Below are positions 10,811 through 25,800 of a DNA stretch of 64,000 bases, piece after piece. The stretch comes from Fimbriosthenelais zetlandica (lineage: Eukaryota), in the NCBI GenBank assembly GCA_977030845.1, contig OZ365109.1, forward strand, positions 59,458,001 to 59,522,000. The letters are read 5' to 3'. A program made the position numbers and the translations under genes. The notes under the pieces are model-generated. The model saw only the letters and a program-made list of their open reading frames with translations. It ran no database searches and had not been told where the DNA came from. The stretch's first letter is position 1; each line of letters opens with the position of its first letter.

Positions 10811-13800
10811 TCGTTTTGTGTTTGATGGCGCGGTCGCCATTTCCCTCCGGTCGTCTGCTACTGGCTGGCATGGGAAAGCTTCAATTCTCTCGGGCAGATT
10901 TGGCGAGATAGAGGGGGAGAAAACGAGAGGAAGACAGCCCGAGCTCACTTATGTATGAGCGCAGAATTAGAGCGTAATTAGAGATACTATAGGTGGACGC
11001 TATTCAAGTACTTAAAATGGGCGTGGACGGTCAGAGCAATCAAGTCTTATACACCTGCTTTATTGGACAAATGAGCTCGGTGATGAAGTCGGTACGGCTG
11101 GGGCTGGGGGTCTCAATGTCACATCAATAAAAGAACTACACGCTTCACTTGTCCCCATCATTACCGCTTAGAGTCCTAACGCTCTATTGGTTCCACAACC
11201 ATCTCTGCTCTCTAATCCACTCTGAGTCACACCAGTATTGCCCATTCATTTCCGATTTACCCTACATGCCCCTGTTAATTGTGAAATTGGAAGAACATCC
11301 AAATGAAAAGAGGGATGCTAGGGATTGGATATCGCGGTCTCTCGCTAGTTTGAACTCAATGAACGTTATAGACTGAGGACCCCCAATTTAGCTCACTTTT
11401 TGCGCTCCAAAAAGGGCGAATCCAATATGGCGCTGTCCATTAAATTGCTTACAATGGTGAGTTATATTCGAGAGAAACGCTACCTCCCACCCGGAATATC
11501 AGAACAAAAACTTACAATCACATTATAGGTTATTTTATCAATCATTTCTCCGTGGCATAACTCGGTATATAAGCCTATAATACTTGTACTCCCTTACCAG
11601 TATAGAGAGGTAGTCAGAGAGAGGATGAGATAAGATTTTTACCGGTCCTCTAAGCGTTATCTTTTCTATCTGTGAGCGGGTATCATCACCAGGGATTAGT
11701 ATCGTAACATGATGATCCCTGTCAACCACTCGACAGCCAGGCTCCATACACTAAACCTTCCATATTTACTGTCGGGGATTAGGCCCCGCACTAAGCTTAT
11801 TTTATAATTTGCATCTCTGGCGAGAAGGGTTCTGAAAATGTTGACTTTCTGTTAGCCTACTCCCTTTTCATTTGCTGATTAAGACGAGTGTATATATACA
11901 TAATGTGCTCGTTGATCGTTGGGCCAGACGGATCAGTAGATTTGCAGTGACAGTAACCAAGGTGTTGAACTAAGCACTTGAAGAGTGGGGCCATAATGAT
12001 AGGTTATGGAGTACTTGTGAAAATCTTATCCCTCCTGTGAAATTGTCTGTTGGCTAAGATGTACATACAGGTTAGTTTGGCCACATTCTCGCATTTTCAA
12101 CCTGCCTGCGTTCTATTCTGATCTGAATAATGAATTTTTGGGTCAGGCTTAAAAAATATATACTTATTCCATGTTGACACTATTTCCCCTTCGACAGAAT
12201 GGAGGCTCAGTATTTTGATCATTTAATCATAAATTATAAGGCCATAGAATTTTCATATTCTGATTGAGGGCATGCCATTTAGATTTCCTGGGAGAAAATT
12301 CCTGATCGTGTCCGAGATCATCAGAAACTAATGAAGGAGGAATGAGTACTTTTTTTTATTACAGAGTTCTGTAATAGCCTTCATAGCTACCAGATTTAAA
12401 CAGAGATTTATTTCATAATTATTAAAAGTTAATTTTTAATATATACATATGTAGCAGGTTTTTTACATTCAATTTAGTCATATGGATCACGTAATATTTA
12501 ATATCTATTGTTTGCCGTAATCACAGTAATCTCATTGCTTGGTCTCACATCTGGGCAATATTTTTAACAAATAATGATTGTTAGCAACAAGTATATTACA
12601 GATTAAGATATCATGTTTTTAAATGTCTCATGTATGAAAGCAGCATTAATGGCTAAGCAGGGAAAGTGACATTTCAAGTGTCGTAAATCTATTTCATGCA
12701 CGCGTTGATTAAGTGAGTGATAGAGATTATATATAGGTGTTTAAGCCAGGTTATTTTGGCGCGTTAAGCCATAAGCTACATATATGGCTAAACACAGTGA
12801 ATGTATAGAGCGACCCCTAGCGCTGGAAATGTGCATGCTTGACACGTCATGTTCACTGAGTTGACAGGTGTGTGTCACTAGTCTGGGCCAACACCAAGCT
12901 TTCACCGATCACTGAGCCTCCTTAAAGATGCTCACCAACACTAAAAACACCTCAATGCCTTTCTCTACCTCTATCTCTACCCACAGCCTCCCCCTTTTCC
13001 CCCGACCCTTGACCCCGGCCCCCAATTTACTCAAATTGGCGCATCATATCCCTTTCGTGGGCGTTGAAAGAAATTCTATCAAATGAATGATAATCACCGC
13101 CGATTTATCGCCCAGATAGTTCTCGAACAAATCGGTCAACAGAGCCTGGCCGAGAATGGGAATTAATATGGCTGTTAAAGTCGGCAGATCTTCATTGAAA
13201 GTCTATTAAAGCCGCTGAAGCAATGGCTCATTTGTAGGCCCTTAGCCCGGGGCTACATTACAAGTCTGTATAGAACCCGAGGCTAGGCTTTGTCCGAACA
13301 CAACAGGGGCCCTTTATATGACATTTATAAGGTCTCTAACTAGTTCGGGTGAAAAACGCCAACAAATTGCACTTCAAGTGGAAGAGAGGGTGTCCTCCGA
13401 TTTGGGGGGTTCGTAGACGAGAGGGGGAAACAGTTTTGTCATTCTGGCTTGGCAGTCGGGGTGTATTGCGTGCTCCATTGTGTGAGTGAGAAGGACAAGT
13501 GGGCGCTGAGAGCTGGCAGATTTTATGCTTTAACTTTGTGTGGCCACTCATGAGAAAATTTCCATGTATACGACAATTAGGCAACAAAGCCGAAAGGCCA
13601 ACATTATACTTCGCACACGGTCACTCCTTTAGAAGGGAACTCGGTATATAATGCTTCCTAAACTGCCTCCCTAACCCAACTTAACACACTGTGCGATTGT
13701 TAGCACTAGTTGTTATCACCTTTTCGAGCAATTTATTTATCCAATTATCAATCAGTCGTTTGTAGTCCAAACTGTGGACCAAACTTGGTTCGCCTTGGGT

Positions 13801-16800
13801 AAAGCCTAATGGAATTAACGAATGAAATGCCTGTGAAAAATATTTTCCTAGCTGAGCAGAGAATACAAAGGGACGCAAAGAGAAAGATTTCAGTGGTTTC
13901 GGTGGGACAGAAAGTGAATGCATTCTCACAAATCTGTTATGAATATGCATGGCTGAACTGGGTCGATGAATAAGAGGCATAGCAAACTGTAACCAGATTA
14001 AACAGCAGAAAATGGAAAGTTGTTTGACCTAAGGCCAAAGCCACCTTGGTGAGGCATCGAGTTGTTTGTTTAGAGCAAGCTAGGTTAATTAGTGAGGATG
14101 ACCACTGCTAAATCCGTCAAATTACTTCCCAATTTGTGTTGGCCGGGATATTAAAGGCCATATATGAGTATATACATGAGTCTGAGCTGAACGTAATAAC
14201 TGAGCAGTTGACATATGTTAATCTTTTGGGGCTCATTGTATAAAAGTGGGTATTATAATAGATTAGTCACTTCATTGTGCTAGCACAGGTTTGCATGGTG
14301 GGGATGATATTGCTTGTTTGACCCCAACATTAAAGGGACCATAATGACTTATTAGGCACAGATACTCAATGATGGTGAGAGATTTTTACAAAACAGTTAC
14401 TAAAATAGATAGAACAAGTCTGCCCTCGATTAACCTAGCTACTGGTGAATAACCTCTATCTATAAGCCCATGGGACAGAATATCACCGGTTATTCACCAG
14501 ACCCATCTCGCGGACACAATTGTGAGTGTTCTATCTACTAATTATACCCATGCCTAATTGAAAAAACTAGGAATACCTTAAAGCCAATTAAAATAACACC
14601 CACCATATGCCTTGAAAAATGCTGAATAATTTATATAACATACTTGTGTGTTACATAGCATCAATAAATATATATTAGATTGGATTGAGTCAAATATCTA
14701 CCTAGTGGGGACTGAAGTAATATTGTTAGCAGGACTAGGCGTAATTGAGGCCAGTTGATGAATAGAAAGGTCGATTATTACAGACTCATGAAGTGGTTTC
14801 ATTATGTCCTCACCTGCATGACCAAAGAGGGTGCTAACTACCGTGGACTTATCTGATAAAATAATCTATTGAATAGACATCACTGGGGAAAATAACAATA
14901 GGAGAAAGTCTATATATGAGGGTCTAATTAGTCTTCATAATAAATAATATCACCACCTGCCCCGGAAAGAATAAATATAAACACCCATAGATTCTCCACC
15001 TAACACCTCTTTAGAGAAGGAAAATGAGTTTCAACTATTTTCGATTAACTCACAGTTATATGTTATTACAGCTAATGGACTCTGCCGCGAGGCGAAGTGT
15101 AATATCCACATCAATATTTGGATAGCCAGGTTTTTACCTTTTACTGAACACACAATTAACCAAGATCATATATTCTTCGAAGGTAAATTGGACAGAGCAG
15201 AGTGTAAGGGGGTTGTATTCAGTGTAGATCTATAGTCGCGCTGAAATATATGCCCGGGTCTATAGCTATAATGACCTATTTGAATTTGTTGGAATATTGT
15301 TTGATTGCGTTAGTATTTCCCTAGCTGTTGGAGTATGTATACGAGTTCGAATTAATATTTAGAAGTGAGCATGGATATAACTATCATGACAACTTATCAT
15401 GGATCGATACATCTTTCAATAAGAAAATGCATTGCATTGCTATTGGCCTACACCTCCATTAATAAACAATTAACCATAATATATTTAATATTAATTAACT
15501 GATGCAATGAATACTAAATTAATATTTCATACAATTGCGCAGAATCATTATTATTGTAGCTGTAATATAGTCATGCAAATTGATATATATGTTGCTATAT
15601 TTACTTTCCTTTAATTTTCATGTCGTCGTTAACTAGTACAATCAACGACAAATTACGCCTCCAAATAGTCATAATTTGATAAAGATGATCAGCGTCCTCA
15701 TTATACGGAATATTGGTAATTGTGGCTATTAATTATTGTCCGTGTCCACAATTGCTGCTTATTGCTTTAACGTGCACCCATTATGGGCACTGGCGCTTAT
15801 ATAGGACTATACTCAGGTAGCAGAATGCGTTCTTTAGGAAGTGGTATTTGCTTTGATCTCTTGATCTTAGTACATATTTTGCTTTTAATCCAGAGTGGAT
15901 ACGCAATTTATCACATTATTTCATATATGAGATGAAATTTCAGTACCTTTTTGAAGAGAGGTTTTGAAAAATTCCTCGGCCACAAAGATAAAGTGAGAAG
16001 TTTGTCGATGTATGTCCATTAGTAAATCACAAGTACAGTAAGAAGAATGAACAAGGTTTCATCTGTGTTTGTATTTATGTTAACGATCATATCTGTCTTT
16101 AAGGATCAATACATAGCTATTGCCGATGAAAGGCCTTACTTATGCTTCACAAAGAGTGTAGTCTTGATAGTTTTAACAGCCAATTTTTGTCAATTACTTT
16201 GAATATTGCTTCATTCGTCTTAGTGCAAAAATGCTGATTCAAAGACAACCTCACATAAGACAAACAAAGCTTTCTGGATCCAGGTTCTTTTTCCCAAAAA
16301 GAATTCTCCCCTTTGGTACTGAACTTTGCATTTGCACTTCGAGTCAAGAAGTACAGACCTCTAGAGCAGGACAATGAAATTAGTATCATTTATCAAGCCA
16401 TGGTTGAGCTGCCGGAAGTGCTACCATTAGTGGCGGAAGTGCCCATTAAGTCGGCGCGTGCGCATAACACCTAATTGTAGAACTAAGCCATGGCGGCGTT
16501 GGAAACAAAGATTTTTCTCTGAGTCATTGAGGAAAAAATGCTATTGTACTTTTAAGAGTAATTGCCTCCTCCTTCAGATATTAAAAGATGTTTTAAATGA
16601 CGTGGTAATAGAAAACAACAGTTTGCCACAATTGGTTCTAGGTGAAGGAGTTCTGCACGGTAGTGAGGCGTGCTTTCGAGAGAACAAATAAATTTCGAGT
16701 TGGCCAACCAAAACAGCCAATCATGGCTGTTATATGATGTTTTGGTATGGATTAACAAAAGAAAAATGTGACATCTGAGACTCATTTTGTTGAGTCAAAT

Positions 16801-19039
16801 ATGAAACAGATTTGGAATATCAAAAAGAGTGGAATTAATGGAATTTAAAAGTTCCCCGTTGAATCCTAGGTTAAATTTATCAATTTCTATGCAAGGAAAG
16901 AGATCGACATGCCAATACCATATGATCTTTGACATCCAAATGTGCTTTATTTCCTTATAACTTTGGTCGCACCATTGGTAAAGTAGCTTGAGTTACCATC
17001 TCTCCCAAAATGCCATTACCACTAAATGCAGAAACCACTCCCACCACATATGTAGCAAATATACAGTGATGTTTTGGGATGAATGGTAAATGGACTGGAG
17101 AGAATGGATGGTTCGGATGCACGAAGGCCAAGCCATGGCTGGAAGGCCTATCGCCTTGATGAAACCAGTGAAATCGAATCTGTTGGCCATAAGGCGCTGG
17201 TTATTGCAGTGTGGCCGACTTTTCCTGCCCCCTCCTAAGTGACTTGAGCCAGAAGGTAAAGTAGAGGCGGGGCCTGCTGATGGTTGGCCGTGTCAATGCG
17301 CCAAGGCTCAAGAGGCGCATGGATACAAATCGCTGCCAACAACTTGATTGTCTGATTTGAGCCGATTGAGGAGGAAGCTGGGACACATGGGCGAGCCACT
17401 CGCCCGAGTTGGTGGCGAGCAAAGCAAACGTCGGTCCATTAGCTGACTACCGAATTCGGAAGCAGGCCTGCGCAGCCTTGCAAGGCGATAAATCGCATAG
17501 GAAATTGAGGCGAAGGGAAGAGAGCGGTGAGGCCCTCAAGTGAACGAGGCGGCGCGCCGAACTATCAAAAACACCGCCATTAGCTGCCAAACGAGCCTCT
17601 AAGTGACACTCAGAGCAGGCGCTCTGCTCGTTCACACACATCATAAAGCCATAAGGCAATCGAGAATTTAATCTTGTCAAACATATTGGCAAAACATTAG
17701 TCGCCAAATGCGTTTGCTTTATTGGACATTATCTGGAGGCGAGCTAAGTGGCAGCGATCATATCATTCGGCCGAGGAATTACCGAATCATTTTCGGCTAT
17801 TTTCGGTCATTTTGCACTCGGCGTCTGACAAAGACCTCTCACACTGTCCCTCCCCCCACCACAACCTCCTCCTAGTCCTCCTAGCGGCCCACGCCACAAC
17901 TCTCTCCCTTTGCCCACCAGAGTAGAAATACGTTCAATTAGGCCAATTGTTAACGAGAGGGAGCGAGGACAGTGTTTAAAGGAACAAAAGATGCAAGAGG
18001 CAGTCTCCATCAACAAGCCGAGCTAGGCCAATGGAAGCGAGGTTCATTAAATTTATTTGTGAGCCGGGTAATTTGTCATCAATGTGCCCTAAACGCCGCC
18101 TCCCAGCGCCCATTCGATCAGTGAGCATTACATCAGTGCCTGACGAAATCATCCGCCATTGAAGACTGCCTTGATTCAATTTCCAATTATTTGAATCAGA
18201 CGCAAATTAACTGCGGGGGCTTTCCATGCATTTGTTATTTTCTATTTGTCCGCTCAATAAAAGTTCCAATTTTCCAGCATAATACAGTGCCTAATGAAAA
18301 TAATGACAGTATCACTGATTCCCCGCTTGGCTCTGTAATTGGAAACAGTGCGAGAAGAATGTGCAGAAATTGGCCAACCACTGTGTAGATGGCGTCTGGT
18401 TTTGTCAGTTTTTTAATGGGGACATTTTCTTGGCCGCGCCAAAGCTAGGAGTTCCCCCTCCTGCCTTGCAATTGAGGCGCGTAGATGGAGGCTCTGGAGC
18501 TGAAACATGGAGGGAATATGCCTCATATTTGTTAACGAAGCATTGATATAAATGCGCAATGGGTGATTGATATCATTCAATTAGATTTAATATTGGAATA
18601 ATGAGGATCGATGGAGAAGTATTAACATCGCGGTGGGCTGGTGGACGTGATGGCTCCTGAAAGGCCCCCATTTCCATATACTACTCACAATAGGTGCCTA
18701 CACAATAGGTCGTAATAGGAGGGATGCCATAGAGTGATGTATATTTCCTTAAACTGTGAGAGGCAGTATGAATGAAATGTTACCACCGCATTTCGTTTTA
18801 TTTCATTCCTATGTGATGATACTTATGAAAAGGATGTCTATTGAAAAGTGTTTAATATTATGTCACAGTGGAGTTTTCGAGATTTCACTGAAAACGAAAT
18901 GTATTCATGTGCAATGTTATTTCTGCAAAACATACACAAAATAGTTATATAAAATCAAGTTTCTAGGTCATTTGGCAAACGCATGGTTGGACACATGAAT
19001 GGGAATTAAGCCAGAGGTGGCCAGCGTATCCTCTACCAG

Positions 19040-19842
19040 GGGCCCAGTTTACTAAGCCCACGAGGCCCAACGACCCCTCGTATAAGCATTTCCATTGTAC
19101 CATCGTTGACAAATTGAATGCTTTTTCTATGGACAACAGCTACGAGTGTCTCCACGACACTGCATCGTTACATCGAAATTAAATTTTGTCAACGACGGCC
19201 AACGAGGGTCAACAATATGGCCAACTGTCGCGAAAACCTGTCGTACACAAGGGGGGGGGGGGGCCCTGTCATAGTTTTCACGAGAGTTGGCCCTCTCGTT
19301 GACCCTCGTTGGCCGTCGTTGGAAATGCTTATACGAGGGGTCGTTAGGGCGTAGTACCAATATCTTTTCACGATAGTTGCATGGCCTTCTCGTTGACCCT
19401 CGTTGGCCATCGTTGACAAATTTCGATGAGCAAATTTAAAAGTGTAACGACGCAGTGTCGTTGAGACACTCTAATCCATAGAAAAAACATTGACAACGAT
19501 GGCACAATGCAAATGGTTATACGAGGGGTCGTTGGGCCCCGTGGGCATAGTACAATGGACTCCTGGGCCCATTTTACCAAGCCCCCGTTGCCCAACGACC
19601 CTTGGTATAAGTATTTGCATTGTACCATGGTTGACAATGCTTTTTCTATGGGCTAAAGCTACGAGTGTCTCCACGACACTGCGTCGTTACATCGAAATTT
19701 GTCAACGACGAGGGTCAACGATAGGCCAAATATCGTGCAAAAGCTATCGTAAGGTAACACAGGCTTTTCACGATATTTGGCGTTAACGATGATATCGTTG
19801 ACCCTCGTGTGCATGACTGTCACAAGGCAGTCAGTCATGCAC
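19040..19842. mobile_element. Foldback/MITE-like composite of ~190 bp units in alternating orientation
   Basis: Unit + at ~19040-19236; deleted - copy ~19275-19350; - copy ~19365-19552; + copy ~19563-19745; partial - copy ~19762-19808. Outer arms 19056-19111 and 19491-19546 are reverse complements with 5 mismatches in 56 nt. No transposase ORF. Confidence 0.6.
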
Positions 19843-22800
19843 TGAGCCAGTCACACTGACACATGCATCCCCCTTCAATCACTACACCCCACGTCCTTTT
19901 TCTCGCACCCTTATACTGACTTTGGGTCATTCATTGGGCTTTGGGGTCACAATTTCTGGTCATTTTCATTTTCATAAATGACTCTTGTTATATTAATGTT
20001 TTTATGTCGGTCGTCGGAGGGTTAACCTTGAATTTAAACTGTTATTTTCGTCTTTGTTGAAAGAATTCCTATATAATGAGTTTAAATATCAATTCCACTT
20101 ATCCATATAAATTCAATGGACTCATGGTGTGTACTACATGTATGACTGTGGAGTCATACTGAGTCATGGAGTTGAATCCCTATAGACCTGTCACCAATGA
20201 GCGAGCACTTTGGGCAGTAGAAAAGGTTGGAAGGTGGAGATAGGGAAAGAGGGTATGGAAGAAAAAGGGGAGGGGCAGAGAAACTAAGAGATGGTGGGGC
20301 AGAAAGAAAAAAATATAGAAATAATTTTCGCCTTTGAACCAGCACTGCTCTGCCTATATCCGCTCGCATTATTTGGCTTGCTCTCCTCAGCACAGCGCCC
20401 CATGTTTGCTTAGACGCAGACATTTGAAATTTTCATTAAATGATTATTAGTCCTCCACGGGGTGCCCGGAGGCTCTCTGCCTCGCCTCCACCGTGTCCAA
20501 TTCTGGCGAATTCTGCAGCGCTTGCTTGTTTTAGCCCCGAGTGAAACCGTGCCGTCCACTGGGCGCACACAGCTCCAATTGGCCCTCTCATACCCCATAC
20601 AGACTTCATTAAATACGCGGCCAGAGCAAATACCGGCCGCGCGCTGCCATGGGGGCTGCGAAATTGGAAATAAATGATATATAATTCGCCGCATTACCCA
20701 CCACCGAGACCGAGAGCTGGCCCATGTTTGCCCATATCGGCCAGACGCCAGCGGCTATTTGATGTTATGAACGTAATTGATTAAACCGTTTTGTGCTCAT
20801 TTTTCGCTCGTTTGCTCCTGAGGACAGGTGTTACAGTGGGTGAGTTCCAATCATACCACCCGTTTATACTGTCAAAAAATATACTGTATTTTCCCATTCA
20901 CCAGTACCCTTATTACAGTCGTAAATTTGTCTAAACATAGGGGCGTGTTATCTTCATAAAAGTCATCCATATTTGATGAAACGTTTAGAAACCCAACTGC
21001 AATATTGACAGGATACAACAATAGAGATGATAAAGGTGCTATATGTTTGTAAATACATTTGAGAGGATGTTATAGTCAAAATCCCAATAAGGTGTCTTTG
21101 TAGAAATATTATTATTTTAAAAAGGCTAATACCCACTGTAAGCCATGCAGGTATTTATTTCATGAGCATCTTTGGTAAAATACAGTATGTCCATGCAGTG
21201 CCATCCTCCATTTTGAAAATCCTGGTACCTGATACAGTTTCAATATAAAAGCTTTTGTCATCCAATAAGTTCCAGCATGACCCTCTCAATTGAAATGTTC
21301 AAATCTGAAACCATAAGGTTAAATGGAGGGTTTGTAAATTTGTAATATTTTTTGATGGGCCCTATCGTAAATTGTACATGGAGTTGTGTGAAACACTTTT
21401 CTACGTCAAACAATTGAAACTATTGGGTGTCACTCCCCTGCCCTCATGTTGTATAAGACCTCGGTCAATGTTGATTCACTCGCGTCGGTTGGTACCGAAA
21501 ATATTTTAATTGGAGTGAGAATTATTTCAATCCGCGAGAGGCGCATTATTAAAGCTTGGTTTAGTCATATAGCTTGCTTAACCTCTCGTATATATAAGGC
21601 CCTGCTCGAGATGAGCCGGAGTGTTTAGCACTATTACATGTATTCCGGTAACCTATGGCTAAACCAACAACTTCGCTGTCAAATTAACAGTTTGTCCATT
21701 AGATTTAGAGCCTGATTGTGACATTGTGAATCCTGGACGTCGGGACTGAGGAGCCAGTCTGTTTATTCTAAATTTGAGGAGTAAACATTTGAAGTGTTTC
21801 GCGAATCTACTAGACAAGTAGGGGCTAGATGTATAGCTCTCCTGCTGAGGTCCTGTCAAGCAGGTTGCCATGAATGGGTTTACCGTGGCCAGACTTACCC
21901 GTCCCACAACACTGCCCTCAAATGATTGAACTATGATAGTTTTTTTTGTCAAGATTTTAACCTCAAGATCGAGGGAGCTGAAACTCATTTCAAATATTGA
22001 TTTTACGTCCTAACGACCTTAATATTGATTTGGGTTTATAAATAATAAACTGGCAACAGTTGAATTTTATACGCAGTGGTTGTCAGTTGTCACCCGTTGC
22101 GTCACATTCGCTCGAGTACTTCCGGTGACCTCTTAAAATACTTGAGGTGTAAACACGAATCATATCCATTCCTCAAGTTTAGACGACAAAGTAAATCCTG
22201 GCCTTGTGATAATGTGTCTTTGATGTAACTTTCCGATCAATTCGGACGAATAAAATAAATCACCCGGGCCTCTTTAAATTGGCCTGTAAAGCCTTCAGTA
22301 CGGTGAAATAAAAATCTGTGAATTGATTAAAAAAACAATTTAATGTTCACTTTTGATCCATTAAATAGTAATGAATCAAAGACAAAACTTGGGTAAAATT
22401 TGAATATCTAAAAGTGCGATAATAATCTAAAGGCCCGTATATAAAAGTTTTGTTCTATAATTATGTTGATTGATCCCTGACTAAACGATAAAATCTTTTG
22501 AACCAGTTCACAAACATGTCCACTATTTTCTGCCGCAGACCATTTCCCTTTCATTTCATCATATGTCTATCACATTTATTACCCCTACCGTGATGGTATC
22601 AATCAAAGCGATATTGTGTCTGTCCGACTTTTTGTCTGAAATCATAGCTTGGTGACAAATTTTGAATCAACATTACATATTAAAACTGCTCTTCTCTCGT
22701 CGCCCGAGTGAAGTTGCCGTCGTTGATTTAGTCGCCTGCTGATTGCTCGCTTTGGTCTCAGATACTCGGCCTCCATCAGCCATTCCTCATTCTCTCTTTC

Positions 22801-25800
22801 CCCAGATGCAATAAGCTCATAACAAAAAGGCGGAAATCATGTCTGAATATACCTCCACACCCTCTTGTGGCCGCAAGACGAACCAGCAGGCGCCGGCACT
22901 CGGGCGTCTGATTTCCAAATCAGCGCCACTCGGTGCTGGATGGGGCGGCCAAATTGTATTTGACTTCTTCCATCAGCGCAGCATTGCAACCTCATTTGCC
23001 GCCGATTAACAAATCAACGCAAATATTTGCTCCAGACATTTATTAAATTCACGATTCCCCCCTCAGAATGTTTTATGGAATTCCAATGCTGACATTATAC
23101 CCGTGCGAGGTTTTTCCCGCCCGCCCAGGGCAGTCGGAAGATAAATATTTACAGAGGCTTAAATATTGGCCACCCATCCAATTTCGCCAGGTTTTGGTCG
23201 CTCGTCCGGCGCATCCAATAAGTAACGTGGATGCCGTTTAAACACACTTGTCGCCGAATGGGCATTTGGGCCAAGAGGAAGGGGGAGAGGGGCAAGCGTA
23301 TCGTGTTTCACTGGGAGTGCTCGTGTTGGGTGATTAACGCCCACAGATTGCTTATTATCAACCCTCATTAAGAACAGATTAAGTGATCAGTTGTGTCTAT
23401 TTGGAGGATCCAATTAAAAAAGTCCCACACTCACCCGCCGGATATGGCGTTTCATATCTGACAAAGCAGCGAATAAATCATGGGTAAAATAAAAAAGCTT
23501 ATAAGCGATTTGAAAATCAATCTCCAGGGTTGACTGAATACATTTTCAAAACATTTCGTATTGGACCTATAGATAAGATGAGTCCGTAACTATTTTTAAA
23601 TGATTTACATTTATTGTGAATGAATGAAATTCTCAAAGTTAATGTCATATTCTCGACTTTGGAAGATATGTCATCAACATGGAGGAAATGGTCATTTGGT
23701 CTCCGAATTTTGTGGACTTCATTCCATTTGCTATAATGAAGTCTGTGTTGATAACTCCGTGGCAAAAATGATGTGAAATACTTGGATATTGCCCTAGCTT
23801 CCTTTTATGTTTTGACCATGCAGGGAATTCCAATCTGACTCGTTTCAGCACATTCAGAGGAGCGTTTTGATCCCAAATTTTATTACTTAAAAAGACATAT
23901 GGAAGCAGTCTATTGATGTCTTTCATAAAAAGAGTTATCAGATTAAATGACTCCAGACAAAAACCTTAGGAGATGATAAATATTCCATGATTGCCCCATC
24001 CTTTGATGACTTATTAGCCTGGATAAATATCAAGTGCATCCGCCACTCTTTTTCCATACAAACTCACTTATCACACCGTTTCCCCACTTTACTAAATGAC
24101 CTTCCCCTTTCTGAGCTCGGCCATCAGCTCTCCGCCATTTTGGAGGCCATTTTGATGCGGCGATGCTCGCACAGACAAAGCTATGGACGTCATTTAGTGG
24201 GAGCGCGCTTTTCCGTTCGACCATGAATCTAAAAGAGAAAGGGGACCGTGAGGGAACCTGCCTTACGGTTCTCAGTGTGGCCCCGCCGTGCGGGTAATGA
24301 TCCTGCTGAGGTCTTCTCTACAATTGACATCGATTATAGTCATAGATACCTTAAAAGAGCGCCTCGCCATGAATGAGCAATTAGTATGATGCTGAACCAG
24401 AGCCACCACTCTTCTCCCCATGCATTATGCCACGTTCTCTGTATCATGCTTACACCCTCTATCAGGCCATCTTCAATCAAGTCATGTCTTTATACCTCAC
24501 TCACATTCTCCACTGCTCATATTAAACCGTCTTACCCACAGTTTTTTTCCAATGTGTATTATAGGAAATAAACACATTCGTCATGATTTCATTAATAATA
24601 TTGTCAGAAATGATGACAGTTATTTCCATTTTCCCGATGAAAGTGGCTCCATGCAATCAATTGTATTATTAGATAAATTTCGCAATTATAATTTTAAGAT
24701 TTAAATAAGTCCCCAGTTCTGTACATGCAGATACAATATGCCCCATATCCGACTGGTCACCTCCATAAACCGACCACCCCCTAAAAACCGACCATGCCCA
24801 CTGAAGCTACAACCCCATTCTGACCACTTTTGGGCAGTCCCTGGGACTCAGTGTGAGGTATCTTGATTGTTTCTATAGTTGGCAACAATGAGAATCACGA
24901 AACTTAAGTACAGTATACCGAGACTGACCGGCCAAAGGGTGCTAAGCATTCGGAGAGTTTTAATTCCAACTTTTCTTATTTTGCAGTTTGGATGTTTTAA
25001 ATGATGTAATAACATCCATGGCTATCCTGAACCAATGTCTCATTTTCATATCCTACTCATCCACACATATGTCTATGGGTAGCCTTGCCTCAAACAATGG
25101 TTCATTTTCATTGACTACTCACGTTCTTGAATGTAGCCAAGAACGAGCCCTCAAAATCGATTATTTCAGTGCAAAAAAATGTAAATGGGCCATCCTAATA
25201 CAGTTTTGAAGGAAAATATTCGAACTCACTTTTAGGTGGTTGATACATGTATGTGACATACCTATATACATATACATATACATACCTATCATAGTAGTTG
25301 GACGCCATCTTGCCATTAGATTCTGACATTGTGTAAGGATGCTTAGTGTACTGAATGAATGCCTTTCAGACTTTTCCGAGCGTTAGATATACATTTCATG
25401 TAATACACTAACAACATTCATTATTCCAGTTGTGTGCACCAATTTAAAGATGATGCATTGTATAACACATCACTTTAGTTGCCCAGTACTGAATAATGAC
25501 TCCATAGAGCTCATTTACAATCTTTGTACACGCCAGCCAAACCGGGCTGATTAGAACCGACATAAACGCTCAATCAGATAATTAGCGCCAACAGCCTTCT
25601 ATGGGGCTTGAGGGGGCGGCGGCTATATTAGTTGCTAATTATGTTCACTCAATAATCGAGTCTGACCATTTTACAATGATGCCCTAACAATAGGCGTGAT
25701 GACAGCCCCGCTAATGTGAGAATTCAATAACGGAACAGTTGAAGCCCAGCATGAGGCAAGTCAATTATGTGTTCAGCGATACGAGATATTGGCCCTATCC

